The notes under the pieces: model-generated
Told to the model about the DNA's origin: nothing
The model's database searches: none
What the model saw: the letters and a program-made list of their open reading frames with translations, nothing else
Source of the DNA: Narcine bancroftii
Lineage: Eukaryota
DNA: 64,000 nt
Reading direction: 5' to 3'
Assembly: GCF_036971445.1 (NCBI RefSeq)
Contig: NC_091470.1
Span: 41,850,001 to 41,914,000 of the forward strand
Shown: piece by piece, positions 26,790-40,110 of the stretch
Layout: each line of letters opens with the position of its first letter
Position numbering within the stretch: the stretch's first letter is position 1
Program-made: the position numbers and the translations under genes

Positions 26790-27030
26790 GAACGCAATGT
26801 GGCGGCACACTCTCTCGTGGAGAACCGGCACAACGTGTAACGCTACGTGGTGGGGCAGCCATGGGAAGATGGCGCTGTCAGGGGTTCTTCCTGACTCAAA
26901 CCTCCCTCTCAGTGTGCGCCTCGGGCAGCGATTATGACGTCACCATGCATGTGGTGACCGAGCCAACGCTACCCTTAAAGGGGCGCGCGCTAAATTCAAA
27001 TAAACAGTCGTTAACGACCCTCAACGTGGT
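26790..27030 (-). promoter_or_regulatory. Intronic CpG-rich promoter-like region
   Basis: CpG cluster in AT-rich surroundings with no recognisable repeat. Perfect CRE TGACGTCA at 26935-26942, AP-1 TGACTCA at 26892-26898, YY1-type AAGATGGCG at 26866-26874, and CCTTTAAG/GCGCGC near 26973-26990. Confidence 0.65.
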
Positions 27031-28844
27031 GGCTGTGCTTTCTTCAGCTGCACAGAGCACCACAGCAATTTGAAATAACCACAAAAACATTTCCCCCTCA
27101 AAGATACAGGCACAAACTGGGTCAAACATCAAAAACAAGTTTACTTTTAATTCAATAATTCCCTGTTGACACAAGAAAATGAATCATGCTTCTATTAATA
27201 AAAATAAAACAGGAAATTTGTAATGGTCAGAAATTATAATCTTCTACAGGTCATGTTACCAAGTTAATTTATTTTACAAATTAATTTAATCTGCAATCTA
27301 ACCTGATAGGCAAGTATGAGTAATTAACTTCTCCTTCAAAAACTTTTAACACAAAATTTTGAGAACACAAAACAGGCAAAGGTCATTTAGCTTTGGTCTT
27401 GTTCCACCATTCAAGTCATGGCTTATTTGCATTTAAGTCTCATTTAACCAATTGTTTCATACTTAATAAAAATTAATTGTTTTTACTCCTGAATTTGACA
27501 ATGCATCTCTTTTGATATGCCTACAATTTTCTCCACCTCAAATTTTATTTTAAACATTGAGATATGAAAATTTTTCAATTTTCTAAACGAGGAACGAAAG
27601 CCAAGAACATGCTTGAAAACTCAATCCTACAGAGAATAGAGCAGATTTCCTATCTGGAGCATAAACAACTACTCAAGATGGAGCTGGACCAAGACTCAGC
27701 AAAACTGATGTACCACTTCACATTGTTACAAATAAAAGGCAAGATTCTGTAATGAAATCCATATTTCTTTGGAGTTCCCAAAATATTTGTCTTTCTTAGG
27801 TGTATGATCTCACATCTTCACGCTAAAATTCCCTTGCTCACAATACTACTAATTTAACCTATAATTTCTGTCGTTTACAACATCTTGCACTACCTGTTTA
27901 TACAATATCTACAACTTCAATTATTTGTTTGATTAATTGAATACCATAGCAGAGAAGGCTGGTTAGAAACTGAGAAAGGTGATAATAGTAACTCCTCCAC
28001 AAAAAAAACCTAAGAAATAAATGGGGGGAAATGAGATCGTCCTGACAGCTGATGTATACTCAATAGAGGGAATAGGTTCCTTCTATAATCACAAGAATAA
28101 AAAAATAATATTCTTTCAAAAGAGAGATGCAGAATACAGTGTATTATTAATATTATTATGGCCGGATGAAGGTTTGTCTTACTCAAGGACAAAGTTGAGT
28201 TGTCAAACACAGCCTTGGGTCCAGGCTTAAATCATAATGTCATGCATTTATTAGAAATGGAAGACAGTCACAAAACACTATATTCTTGGGTACAAAATAT
28301 ACATACAAAATGTACCATTTTAAGTAGCTAACAGCAAATGAATTGTAAATTCTAAGCAACTATATAATTTATTTTAATGTTTTCTAAAATTCCTTTGAAA
28401 GTTATTTTGTGATTTATGTCATAAAAAGATGCTGACGTAAATTGAAATTCAGAAGTATGTTAAAATTCAATTATTGCTCTTTTCAATAACAGTCTTTATA
28501 ACTATTAATGTACAAAATTATCAAAGGAAAAGTTTTAAAAGCCATGTTAGACGATGGTGGAAAAACCTTGCATCATGTGTCAGACATATTATTCCTCAAA
28601 TTTTCAAAATAATTACATAGACATTATAAATCAAGCTGAAAAACTAGAAAACCATGAGATACATAATTATCCTAGGTGCTCATTCAACATTGGAATGTTC
28701 ATGGGAAGCTCATAAGACAGAATGCAAGATGCTCAAAAAGACAAAACCATTCTATTGAAGATGCTATAGCCTTGTCCCTCCACTCCACCCTGTCACACCT
28801 GGAGAATGACACTTCATTGCCTTCAGCTCAGCATTCAATATGAC

Positions 28845-31565
28845 CATAGAACACTACAGCACAGAAAACAAGCCTTTTCTAGTCTGTGCCAAAATATTAT
28901 TACACTAGTCCTATTGACATGCATCTAATCCGTAACCCTATAGACTTCTCCCATCCATGTATCTATCAAATTTATTCTCAACAGTTAAGAATGAGTCTGC
29001 ATTTACCTCAAATGGCAGCTCATTCCACACTCCCACCACTCTAAGTGAACAAGTTCCAAGTAATGTTCCCCCTGAACCTTTTCCCTTTCCCCCTTAAGCC
29101 ATGTCCTCTCATATTTATCTCTCCTAATCCACATCATTGACATACTGTTGACAACAAACAATAATGGTCCCAACACTAATCCCTGAGGCACACCACTAAT
29201 CACAGACATCCAGTCTGAGAAGCAACCATCCACTACCACTCTCTGTCTTCTCCCTTTAAGTCAATTTTGAATCCAATTTACAACCTCTTCATGGATACCT
29301 TGTGAACTAACCTCCCTTGTTGGACTTTTTAAAAAATTATACAAACACACTGCAACAGGCCAATTTGACCCAAATTACACCTCATTAACCTACACCCTGG
29401 TACATTTTTGAAGAGTAGGAGGAAACCAGATCTCCCCCCCCCACCCCCCACAAGAGAAAACTCATGCAGATCCATGGAGAACATGCAAACTCCTTACAGA
29501 CACGGGATTCAAACCAAGGTCCTGTCCTGATTGCTGACACTATAAAGGTGTTGTGCTAACTGCTACACCAACCATGCTGCCTTTGTCAAAGACCTTACTA
29601 AAGTCCATGTTATCAATATCCAACATCTACTTTCTTGGTAACCTCCTTGAAAAACTCTACAAGATTCATTAAATACGACCTACTACGCACAAAGCCATGC
29701 TGAACACCCTTAATCACCCCTTGGCTGACCAAATACTTGTATATCCCATCTCTCAGAACACACTCCAATAATTTACCTACTACAGAAGTCATGCTCACTG
29801 GCCAGTAATTTCCTGGTTTACTTTTGGAGCCTTTTTTTAAACAAAAGAACAACATGAGCTACCCTTCAATGCTCTGGTACCTCACCTGTGGCTAAGGATA
29901 TTTCAAGTATCAGGGCCCCTGCAATTTCTACACTAGTCTCCCCTCAAGGTCCAAGGGAATATCATGCAAGGCCCAGGGATTTATCTACCTTTATTTGCTG
30001 TAAATCTCTATATGTTCCATGACACTACTGCTCGTTTTCCTTCCTTCCTTATACACTATCCCAATTTCCTGAGTAAATAGTGATGCCAAAAAATTAAGAT
30101 CTCCCCCCATCTCGTTAGGCCATACATACGACCACTCTGATCTTCTAGGGAACCAATTTTGTCCCTTACTATCCTTTTACTCTTAATATACAGTACTGGT
30201 AGAAACCATTCGGTTTTACCTTCACATTATCTGCCAAAGTAACCTTATGTCTTTTTGCCTTCCTGATTTCCTCTTTTAAGTATTTTCTTTTTAAAATATT
30301 TTCTTTTTGATTTTCATTAGACCAGGAGAGACTGTTACAGAGCATATCAATATCTACCTGCAATCTACACATACATGATGCTTCTCCCCCTCCCATTTCC
30401 ATCCCCCAGAAAGAAGTGGAGATAGCAAGAAAGAAAGAAGAAAATAAGGAGAAAAGAAAGGAGACTAGATGTGGTGTCGGCGCTTCCAGTGTGTATCCAT
30501 AGAAGCTGTAAAGCCACCCCCGTGTATAGCTACTTTTCTTGATCCATCTATTGGTGAATCTCTAGAAGTCTTTTTGTCATGGTGTGGCTACAATCGTGCT
30601 CCCATGTACTTCAGAGGTGCTGCATCGCTTCCTAAGATTATATGTAATTTTTTCCATGGGAATACAGCTATGCATCTCAGTAATCCACTTGCTGATATGA
30701 AGAGGGGAATCAGAATTCCAGTGTGCATTTTTTTGTTATGGCCAAAGATATAACTATGAATTGAATTTGGATAATTTGTAGCTTATGTCCATGAGATTCC
30801 CTAGTGGATACAACGTTGGGACTGGCAGGAAAACAACCTTCATTATTTGTTACTATGTCGGCCAAATCTTGCCACAATGGGGCTACCTTTGCATAGGACC
30901 ATGTTGCATGATCAAATGTTGATCACTCCACAACCAAAGCACATTTCTGGCACCTCTGGTTTTGCCTTGTGGATTTTTTTTTGTGGTGTGAGGTAGAGCT
31001 GATGCACAAAGTTGTATTAGAACAGTCTGTAACTACAGTATTTTCTAACATTTGCTATACCCTTCTAGTACCTCATTTGTTCCTTGTTGCCTACACCTGC
31101 TATACACCATTCTTCTTCCGAACCAGATCACCAATATCCCTTGAAAACCAAGCCTGTTAACTATGCCTGTTAACTTTGCCTTTAATCCTGACAGGAACAT
31201 GCAAACTCTGCTCTCTCAAAAATTTCACCTTCGAAGGCCTTCCACATATTGAATACATCCTTGCTAGAAAACAACTTATCCCAATCCATTCTTCTAAGAT
31301 CCTTTCTCATTTCCCAAAATTGGCATTTTACCAATTTAGAATCTCAACTTGAGGACCAGACCAACCCTTATCCAAAATTAACTTGAAACTAATGACATTA
31401 TGGTCAACTGGCCCAAAATGTTTGCCCACATATACTTCTGTCACCTGACCTGTCTGGTTACCTAATAGATCAAATATTGCATCCTCTCTCGTTGACTTGG
31501 AAAACTTTCCAAAATTCATTTGACAAACTCCAAGCCATCCAGCCATTTTACAGTATGTGAGTCCC
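28845..31565 (-). mobile_element. Decayed CR1 LINE with a nested SINE (29330-29581) and nested L1 fragment
   Basis: SGVPQG.VLGPLLF, PGNY.PVS.TSVVGKLLE, QHGFVRSRS...NLVEFF..VT and DHNVISF motifs. Confidence 0.88.
30289..31036 (-). mobile_element. L1-clade 3' fragment nested in CR1
   Basis: 10-bp TSD AGTATTTTCT at 30279-30288 and 31037-31046; T-rich tail on +; decayed C-terminal ORF2. Confidence 0.7.
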
Positions 31566-31689
31566 CAGATAATACCCCAGAGGCTTGTGGAGAAGCTGTC
31601 CTAGCTGGACTCAACTCAACTCTCTGTAACTAGATTCTAGACTTCCTAACAGAAAGATTCACGGACTGTCCAGGAAGGCAGCAGAACAC

Positions 31690-32661
31690 TGTGACACATT
31701 ATGTTGTGTTTGTATTGTGTATAGATATGTTTTTGGGAGATAAATTGGGGCAGGCTTTTTAATGTAGGTCACATACAAACACTTTAAAACATCTTATTTA
31801 AAATACTGGAACTCTGCTAATGCGAGACATATCGGCGCTGAGCCTTTGCAAAAGCTTTGGGAGAGGGCCCAAGAGACTTCACTAATGGATTGTTTACACA
31901 AAGGTAACAGATGAAAAAACTTGTCAGAGCTGCAGACTGTCTGGAGGGTCATGTGGTTTTGCAAGCAAAGAGTGTAAAACAGGCTCTTTCTCAGAGGAGG
32001 GGGGGAATTGAGTTCTGCAGTCAGCATCAGGAGCTGGGACTGAAACAGGACAAGCTGGCAAGCTTGTGGAAAACCCCATTTGTAAGATGGGTTGTGAGTG
32101 CTTAGTTCAGCCTGGTTAAAGCCCTTGTGGTTCATGCAAGAGGAGAGGACTGGCTGTCTCATGTTTCATTTGAAATAAAAGGAACTCTGTGGTGACCTGA
32201 AAAAAATAGGTTATTATCTGGAGGACCTGAGGGGGCAAATTTCTTTGGCAAGACACTGAAGTGGCTGATTAAAAAAGTAATCAGTTGTGGGTGTCCAGCG
32301 AACAACAAATCTCTCTCTCTGAAAACCGACAAGTACCTTCCTGAGCGGTAACAATTTACCTTTCAAGCACCAAAGCCCGGTGAACTTTATAAATGTTAAA
32401 TTCTGTGCACAGTATAAGAATTGCCTACAACCAGTGAATTTGGAGGAGTGATAAGTGAGATTGGCTGTGAATCAAATAAATTTTCTGAACTTACACACAC
32501 ATTACATACACGTGCACTTAGAATTAGAAGGAGCTTAGGTTAGTCAAGTGTGTTTCTGTTTTCATGTTTAAAGATAATTAAAAGCAACTTTTGTTTAAGT
32601 AACCATTTGTCTTGGTGAATATCTATTGCTGCTGGGTTTTGGGGTCCTCTGGGCTCGTAAC
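31690..32661. mobile_element. Probable solo LTR (about 970 bp) inserted in a Rex/Babar LINE
   Basis: TGTGACAC...GTAAC termini; interrupts a LINE RT that resumes at TCAAGCACCATCAC. TSD not clear. Confidence 0.6.
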
Positions 32662-33600
32662 GTCAAGCACCATCACATTGAGCACTGGCGCACCTGAAGT
32701 CTGTGTGCTCCGTCCACTCATGTACTGACCCATGAATGCAATGCCAGATCCAGCTCCAACTCCAACAGTCATCATTTGCTGGTGACACAAGTGTAGATGA
32801 CCTCATCAACAACGAGAAGAGGTGGAAAAGCATATAAAATAGTGTGAGAATAAAAACTTGAGTCTCAATGTGGACAAGACGAATGAAATGATTGCACAAT
32901 CAGGAGGACCAGGGCCAACCACCCTCCACTACACATTCCTAGCTCAGTCATGGAGAGAATAGAATGCACCAAGTTCCTTGAAGTCCATTTAAGAAGTGAC
33001 ATATCCATGACACATCTTCTCACTTATAAGAATGGCCCAACAATGACTGCACTTCCTGAGAAGGCTGAGGCTGGCAAGGGTACCAACAACCATCCCATCA
33101 ACTTTCTACAAAAATTTCATCGAGAGAGTTCTGATCAGCTGCATTACAATGTGACAGGGTTATTATATTGCATCAGATCGGAGGTCAATCCACAGGGCCA
33201 TAAGAGCAGCAGAGAGGATCACTGGGGTCTCCCTTTCCCCCAATGATAGGATTTACCATGATTGTGATCTAAAGAGGGCTTGCAAAATCAGTGAGGTCTG
33301 CTACCAGCCCACATACAGCATCTTTCAGCTACTCCCGTCAGGAAAGAGACACAGGAGTACCAGAGCCAGAACAACCAGACTAAGAAACAGCTTCTTCCCA
33401 TGGGCAGTGAGACTGCTGAATGACTGATGAACTGCTCATACAAATTCTTCATGCTCAACTATTTACTTTACAATATTTATTTGAATATTTGTATGTAAGT
33501 ACTGTGTGTTTGTTTGCAATGGGTTGCACCGAGGACTGGAGAACACTATTTCATCAGGCTGCACTTGTACAATATGATGATAAATAAACTTGAACTTGAT
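32662..33600 (+). mobile_element. Rex1/Babar-like LINE 3' portion (left piece at 31575-31689)
   Basis: Remnants of ST.TLSTGAP, FAGDT (FADDT), KFL.VH and NSFFP; (AACTTG)n tail. Confidence 0.7.
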
Positions 33601-35189
33601 AAAAACTGTCAGAAATTGTTTCATAGCATCACCTTTGGAAGCAGTGAGGTGTACTTTCACACTTAGGAATAAATTTATATCTGCAATTTACTGGAGGATT
33701 TTTTTTTATCTTTCAGAACTTTTTATGCTCATAGACCACTTGGATTAATGCCCAACTTCACAGTTTTTCTAAGTATTTTGGAAAATTTGCAGTGCAGCTT
33801 CACAAGTGATAATGGTGAGGTGATACTGGGAAAAGAGGATGAGAGAAGGATTGGAAAAAATATCAATTTTCTTTATCTTAGCAAATTGTTAATGTAGATC
33901 ATTTTAGTTTGAAAAGCAGAATAGAATTTATTGGTTTCCATTCCTCAAATTTACATCAACGTTGTTTGCAATTTTAAAAAAAGGAAAAAAAAAACCCCAC
34001 TCCAAGATAGTTCCAGACTAATTTGGATAATTTGAACATAGCCAATAAAGTTAACAAAAATATATTTTCATCAATAAAGTTCCTTTTGAACAGAACAGTC
34101 TTTCCCAATACAACTACAAAATTCAGCTCTGGGAAACAAGGTATCTACTGTCAGGTAACCATTCTGCATTCAAAAACAATCTGCTGGAGGAATTTAGTGG
34201 GTCAAGCACCATCAATGGGAGAAAAGGAATCGGCAACATTTTGAGATGAAACTCTTCATCAGAACCAAGGAAAATTGGCAAAGAAGCAGTGTAAAGAGGA
34301 TAGGATGGGAAGGGTGAGACTGGAGGTGCACACGGGGTTGGCAAACCAAACAGGGTTGAGACATGATAGACTGAGGCAGAAGACTGACCCTATAGCACTC
34401 AGCTTCCTCCATCTAATCAGTTTCTCTTTTATTGCCTTTTTCTCCCTTTGTCTGGCACGTCAGTCCCACGGAGGAATTAAAGAGCTTAAAATCTTTGTCA
34501 GGCAAATACAGTTATGCCAATGGCAAAGCAATTAAATTTGGATTAATCAAGAAGCCAGAATTGAAGTAACGCAGGTATCGCAAGGACTAGAGATTTAGAT
34601 GACGAGCAGACCAGAGATATATCAAAATTGCATTGCTTAGCTAACAGTCAGTGTAGGTTGACAAGGACAGATGCGATGGGTAAATAGGGCATGGTATCTA
34701 TTCAACCTCACGATGCAATAAAGAATAAGAGAAAACAATTTCTTGGATATATTAAAATTCAATATTTAGAAAACTTTACTCATTTATCTGGTGTCTTGAT
34801 AAGGGTACCAATGTTGACTGATCACTTCTGCCCATGGATGCTGCCTGACCCGCCGAGTTCCTGATCATTGAAGATTCCAGTGTCTATTGTGTTACCTATT
34901 ATATGTTGAAAGTACTTAAACAATGTGACCACCAGTTCTCCCCTAACTACAATAATCACCATCACTCTTCCAAAAAATGCTCAATATTTACACTACTCAA
35001 ACTTCACATGTAAAACTAATATCTATAGAAATAAGAGACTGCCGATGCAGCAATCTAGAGCAAAACCACTTGCTAGAGTAATTTAGCAGGTCAGGCGACA
35101 GTGGAAGCAAAGGATTAGTTAACATTTCAGGTTGAAACTCTGCATCAGGATTTTGTGCATAAAAGGAAAGTCAGTAAAAGGGGGAGTGG

Positions 35190-38100
35190 GGAAAAACTGG
35201 TGCATGGCTGGTACACAGACATTGGGGTTTTAGCAACTTCCTGCTCCACTGCCCAAGAGCAAATATTTATCAAATGCAGACCCTTCTATCTACCTCAAGC
35301 TTCATCAGTGATTCTCACCCAAGTATACATTCCTCCTGATGCAGATTATAAACAGGCACTTGCGGAGCTACATGATGTTGGTCAGTAGACAAGAGATTGC
35401 CCACCCTGATGAACTGACTTTAACCAGGCCTGTCTCAAGAAAATCCTGTCCAATTATCACTAGCACATAACTAGCTGTACCAGAGGTACATTTGATAACT
35501 GCTACACTAAGATAAGGATGGTCTATCATTCTTTCTTAAGACCACAATTTGGGAAGTCAGATCATCTAAGTGCCCCTGCTTGCATACCAAAAAAGAGACA
35601 AGGACAGATGCGATGGGTATAAAGGTGAGATCCTTTTGGGAGGAATTGAAAAAAATTAAAAAGGTGGATTTTCCACGGATCCAGAATTGTACCTTTTGGG
35701 AAACATTATGGATGTGAGTTTTAAACTGTCTAAGTACCAAATTCAGTTTGTGAAAGTTGCCTTGGTGGTAACCAAGAAATGTATAGCAATCACATGGAAA
35801 TCCGACTCCCAACTAAATATTACATGACAGAATACAGAAATGCAGAGTTGTAGTCCTCTGGAGAAAATCACATACAATTCAAGGAGGAAATATGACACAT
35901 TCATTGGGATATGGCAGTCTTATCTACAACATATAGGTATGCAGATATAGCTACACCCCTTCTAAATAGAAGAAAGGTAAAAATCCATGCTAATAGTGAA
36001 ATAAATGAAGGGGTAATGGCACAGATAAAGTGCTCGTTTTGTGTCTTTTTCATTTTACTTTGTACTTTTGGTTTATATTTGGTTCCTTTAAGGGTTTGTG
36101 ACTATAGATTTTTGTTTTTTTTTAATGTTTGCTTAATTTAAATAATATTTTTCTTGTGATATTAGGTTAGGGGAGGGAAGGGAGAGGGGTGGGGGAAGGG
36201 AGGGTTCTGAATGTAATATACCATTTTTGGATTTAGTGAGACTTGGAAAATCAAAAATATTCAAAAAAAGAGAGGCTCCAGAGATCAGGACAGCCAGAAA
36301 GTGGACATGTGAGCCTGAAGAACAGCTGCAGGTCTGCCTCCCATCAGTGGATCCAAAGGTGACACACAGGCTATCTTCAGGAAAGTGAATCCAATTAAAG
36401 CATCCGGTCTGGATGGAACACCAGCCAAGTAATGAAAACCTGAGCTGAACAACTTGCCAATATATTTATGGATATCTTCAACATCTCACTCTGGCAGGGC
36501 ATGGTACCCACTAGTTTCAAACAGGCCTCAATCACAGCAGCTCCTGTCTGAGCAGTAACATGGATCTCCTCCAATATTCCTACCACAACAGGTCTACAGC
36601 AGATGCCATCTCACTGGCTCTACACAAAATCCTGATCACCTGGACAGCAAAGGTGCATACATCAAAATGCTCTTTATTGATAAGAGTTTGGCATTCAACG
36701 TCATCCCCTCAAAATTGGTCAGCAAACTCCAAGACCTTGGCCTCAATACCCTACTGGGTAATTGGATCCTTGATTTCCTCACCTCCAGACACTATTCTAC
36801 ACTCGTGGCAATATCGCGAGGCACAATTCAAATGCCATCTACAAATTTGTCGAAGACAACATAGTCGTCGGCAGAATCACAGATGGCAATGAGGAAGCAT
36901 ATAGGAATGAGAGAGATCAGCCATTTGAGTGGTGTTGCAAACACAACTTTGCATTAACATTAACAACATTAACAACAACAAGGAGCTGATGTGGACCAGG
37001 AGGAAATCAGAATACAAATCAGTCCCCATCAAAGGGTTAACAGTGAAGAGGGTCAAGGACTTCAAATTCCTGGGTGTCAACATCTCTGAAGATCTGTCCT
37101 TGACCGTCCATCTTGATGCAATCACGAAAAAGATTCACCAGCGGCTATACTTAGTGAGGATTTTGAGGAGATTTTGTATGTCACCAGACTTTTGTAAGTA
37201 CACTCTATTGGTGTACCGTGGAGAGCATTCTGTCTGGTATGGTGGCATCAATGCACAGGACAGGATAAAAACATCAGAGAGTTGTTAACTCAGCCAACAA
37301 CATCATGCGCACCAGTCTTCACTGCGTCAAGGACATCTACAAGAGGTGGTGTCTTAAGAAAGTAGCCTCTATCCTCAACAATCCTCTCAACACAGCTCCC
37401 ATTAGAAAGGAAATACAGGAGCATGAAGATGAGCACCCTGTGGCACAAGGACAGCCTCTTCCCCTCTGCCATCAGAATTCTGAATGGACAATAAACCACA
37501 GAGACATCCTCACTTTCTCCTATTTTCATACACGTTATTTTTGAAATGTAATTTACAGCAAGATTTGCACTGCAATGCTGCCGCAAAACACAAATTTTGT
37601 GACGTGTTCATGACAATAAATTCTGATTCTGAATCGGTGCAGATTGGCAAGAACATCTCCTCCACAATCTCCATTAGCGCCAGATTACTACAGGGCTGAG
37701 TACTTATCCCCTTGGTCTACTTGCTTTACACCTATGACTGAATGGCTTGGTACGACAACAACTCCATTAATGATGATACCACTGCAGTGGGCTGTAGAAA
37801 ATAGAACGATCTGTCAGCAGACAAAAGGGTGATTGAAAATGGCTGAAAGGTATATATAACAACCTCTCACTCAGTGTCACCAAAATCAAGGAGCTGGTTG
37901 TAGACTTTAGGAAGGGAAAACTGGAAATGTATGATTCAGTAGTCATTGGGGGAAATCAAAAGTGGAGAGGGTAAGCAAATTTAAATTCCCGGAAGTCACC
38001 ATCTCATTGCGAAGAAAGCACATCAGTGCCTCTACTTCCTCAGCAGACTGCAGAGGTTCTGTATGACATCAGACTTTTACAGATGTGTATAGTGGAAAAT

Positions 38101-38510
38101 GACCAGCTGCACCAATAGCTGAGTAGAAAACACTGCAAAAGGTAGTGGACACAGCCCAGAACATTACAGGCAAAACTCTTCCCACCATCAAGAAAATCTA
38201 CATGGATTGCTGCTGGTCTACACCACCCAGGACATGCTGTCTTGCTACTGCCATCAGGAAAGAGGCATTGGTGCCACCAAACTCATTTCACCAGTTTCAG
38301 GAACAGGTGCCACCCCTCCACTGTCAGACTGCTAATCAAGACTCAGAAACTATTTAAGGACTCTTAATTTGCACATCATTTATTAGTATTCCACCATTCA
38401 TTTACATTTCTCTTTTGTATAGGCATCTTTTTCTTGAGTAGAGTTTACACTACCCATAAGTTAAAACTTTTCCTGGCCCGAAGGAAAAAGAAACTCAGGG
38501 TTGTATTAAT
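35190..38510 (+). mobile_element. Cluster of decayed Rex1/Babar-like LINE pieces with a nested L1 3' fragment
   Basis: IKCRPFYLP..VYIPPDA, NRSTADAISLALH, AFNVIPSKLVSKL, NWILDFLT and FKFLGVNISEDL motifs; (TTCTGA)n tail near 37620. Confidence 0.8.
35620..36269 (+). mobile_element. L1-clade 3' fragment nested in Rex/Babar
   Basis: FWEEL.. and AKKCIAITWK-like remnants, T-rich then G-rich UTR and an A tail. AAAAAAGAG on both sides (35589-35597 and 36264-36272). Confidence 0.65.
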
Positions 38511-39259
38511 TTCATTATCATCTGATTGTAAAAGAATAATCCGATGAAATAGTGTTCTCCAGTCATTGGTGCAAAAACATGCATACACATCCAGATTTAT
38601 CTCCTAGGGAGCTAAGAGATAAATTGAGTAGGATCTCAAAAGTAATAATCTCTGGATTATTACCACTGCCACGAGCTAGCCAGAGTAGAAATAGCAGGAT
38701 GGTTAGAATGAATGTGGCTTGAACAGTGGTGCAGGAGGGAGGGTTTCAGTTTTATGGGGCATTGGAACCAGTTCTCGGGCAGATGGGACGAGTACAAACT
38801 GGACAGTCTACATCTGGGCAGGGCCAAGATCAATATCCTAGGGAGATTGTTTGATAGTGCTCTTGGGAAGGTTTAAACTAATGGGGCAGGGGGATGAGAA
38901 CCTACAAAGAAAGAATGAGGAAGGTGGTACAGAGATCAAAGCAAGAGTTAGGAAAGAGAAAAAGGAAAGTCAAAAGCAAAAGATGCAGAGGTCACTAGAT
39001 TCTAAAAGGACAATGAGCATAAGGACACTTTATCTGAATGCCCGCAATATTAGAAACAAGGTTAGTGAATTTGAGGAGCAAATCAGTACCCAGGTGTATG
39101 ATTTAGTGGCCATCACAGAAACATGGTGGGCAAGAATGGGAATTAAATATTCAAGGATATCAGGTAATACAAAAAGATAGACAGGAAAACAAAGGTGGTG
39201 GGGTGGTGCTCTTAATTAGGGATGAGATCAAGGCAATAATGAGAGACAGGTCAAAATCT

Positions 39260-40110
39260 AAAGCCCCTTTCAGGCGGCCGCCAAGCCCGACTGTAAAGCC
39301 GCACAGAATACTCCTGTGCGGTTGTCGGGTGGCCACCTGAAACCGGAAAAGCCAGCCAGGACGGTTACTTTCTAACCCTTCTCCAAGAGGTATAACTATC
39401 CTGCTCGGATTATCGATTGTGGCAGCTGAAAGTGGCCCAGGCTGCCAGGGGGCGGGCTGCTGACGTCGCGGTGACGTCGTCAGCCATCAACTGCTGAGAC
39501 AAGGAAGCCAGACTCCTCAATATTTTTTTGCACCCTCTCCCGCTGCCGCTGCCAGTCTTCCTCCCCACCCCTTGCCCGCCCAACTCCCACTGCCAGTCTT
39601 CCCCACCCCCTGCCAGCCCGACTCCTGCTGCGATGTTCAGACGTCCCTGGACACTGAGCCATGTGAAGTCCTTGAAAGGGATCGTGTCTCGCTGAAATTC
39701 AGAAGAGAGTCACATGTGCACGAATAATTTTACTATCAGTCCAGAATTAAAAGCCATTTAATTGAGCGATTTTTAAATTTTCACAATGAAGTTGAAAACA
39801 GTAACATCGAGGACACGGTTACAATATGATCCTAATCACATCTACTTTTAACTCAAAAATAAGAGATAGTATTGTTGCTTTCTATATGAACTCGGATTGG
39901 AGTGAACGTCAGTGACTTTAGTAACAGAACATGAACACTTCTCAATCAAACAAATTGATTTAGTTGTCAGTAAGTTGCAAAAAGAGCAATGCATAAGGTT
40001 GATGCCGAACTGTTTCGTTTTGTACATCCAAACTGTATTTACTGTTGTGTGTATATGACAAGGGTGAAGCCGTGGTAAAACAATGGGAGTCAGGCGGGAA
40101 AGGGCCTGGG
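39260..40110. mobile_element. Left part of a CpG-rich Harbinger-like DNA element inserted in CR1
   Basis: TAA-AGCCCCTTTCAGGCGGCC start with internal inverted GGCCACCTGAAA; high CpG retention. No right TIR found. Confidence 0.45.

Noticed and set aside
39660-40100. Transposase or captured gene inside the Harbinger-like insert
   Set aside because: No sustained ORF or recognisable catalytic motif in the frames I could read.
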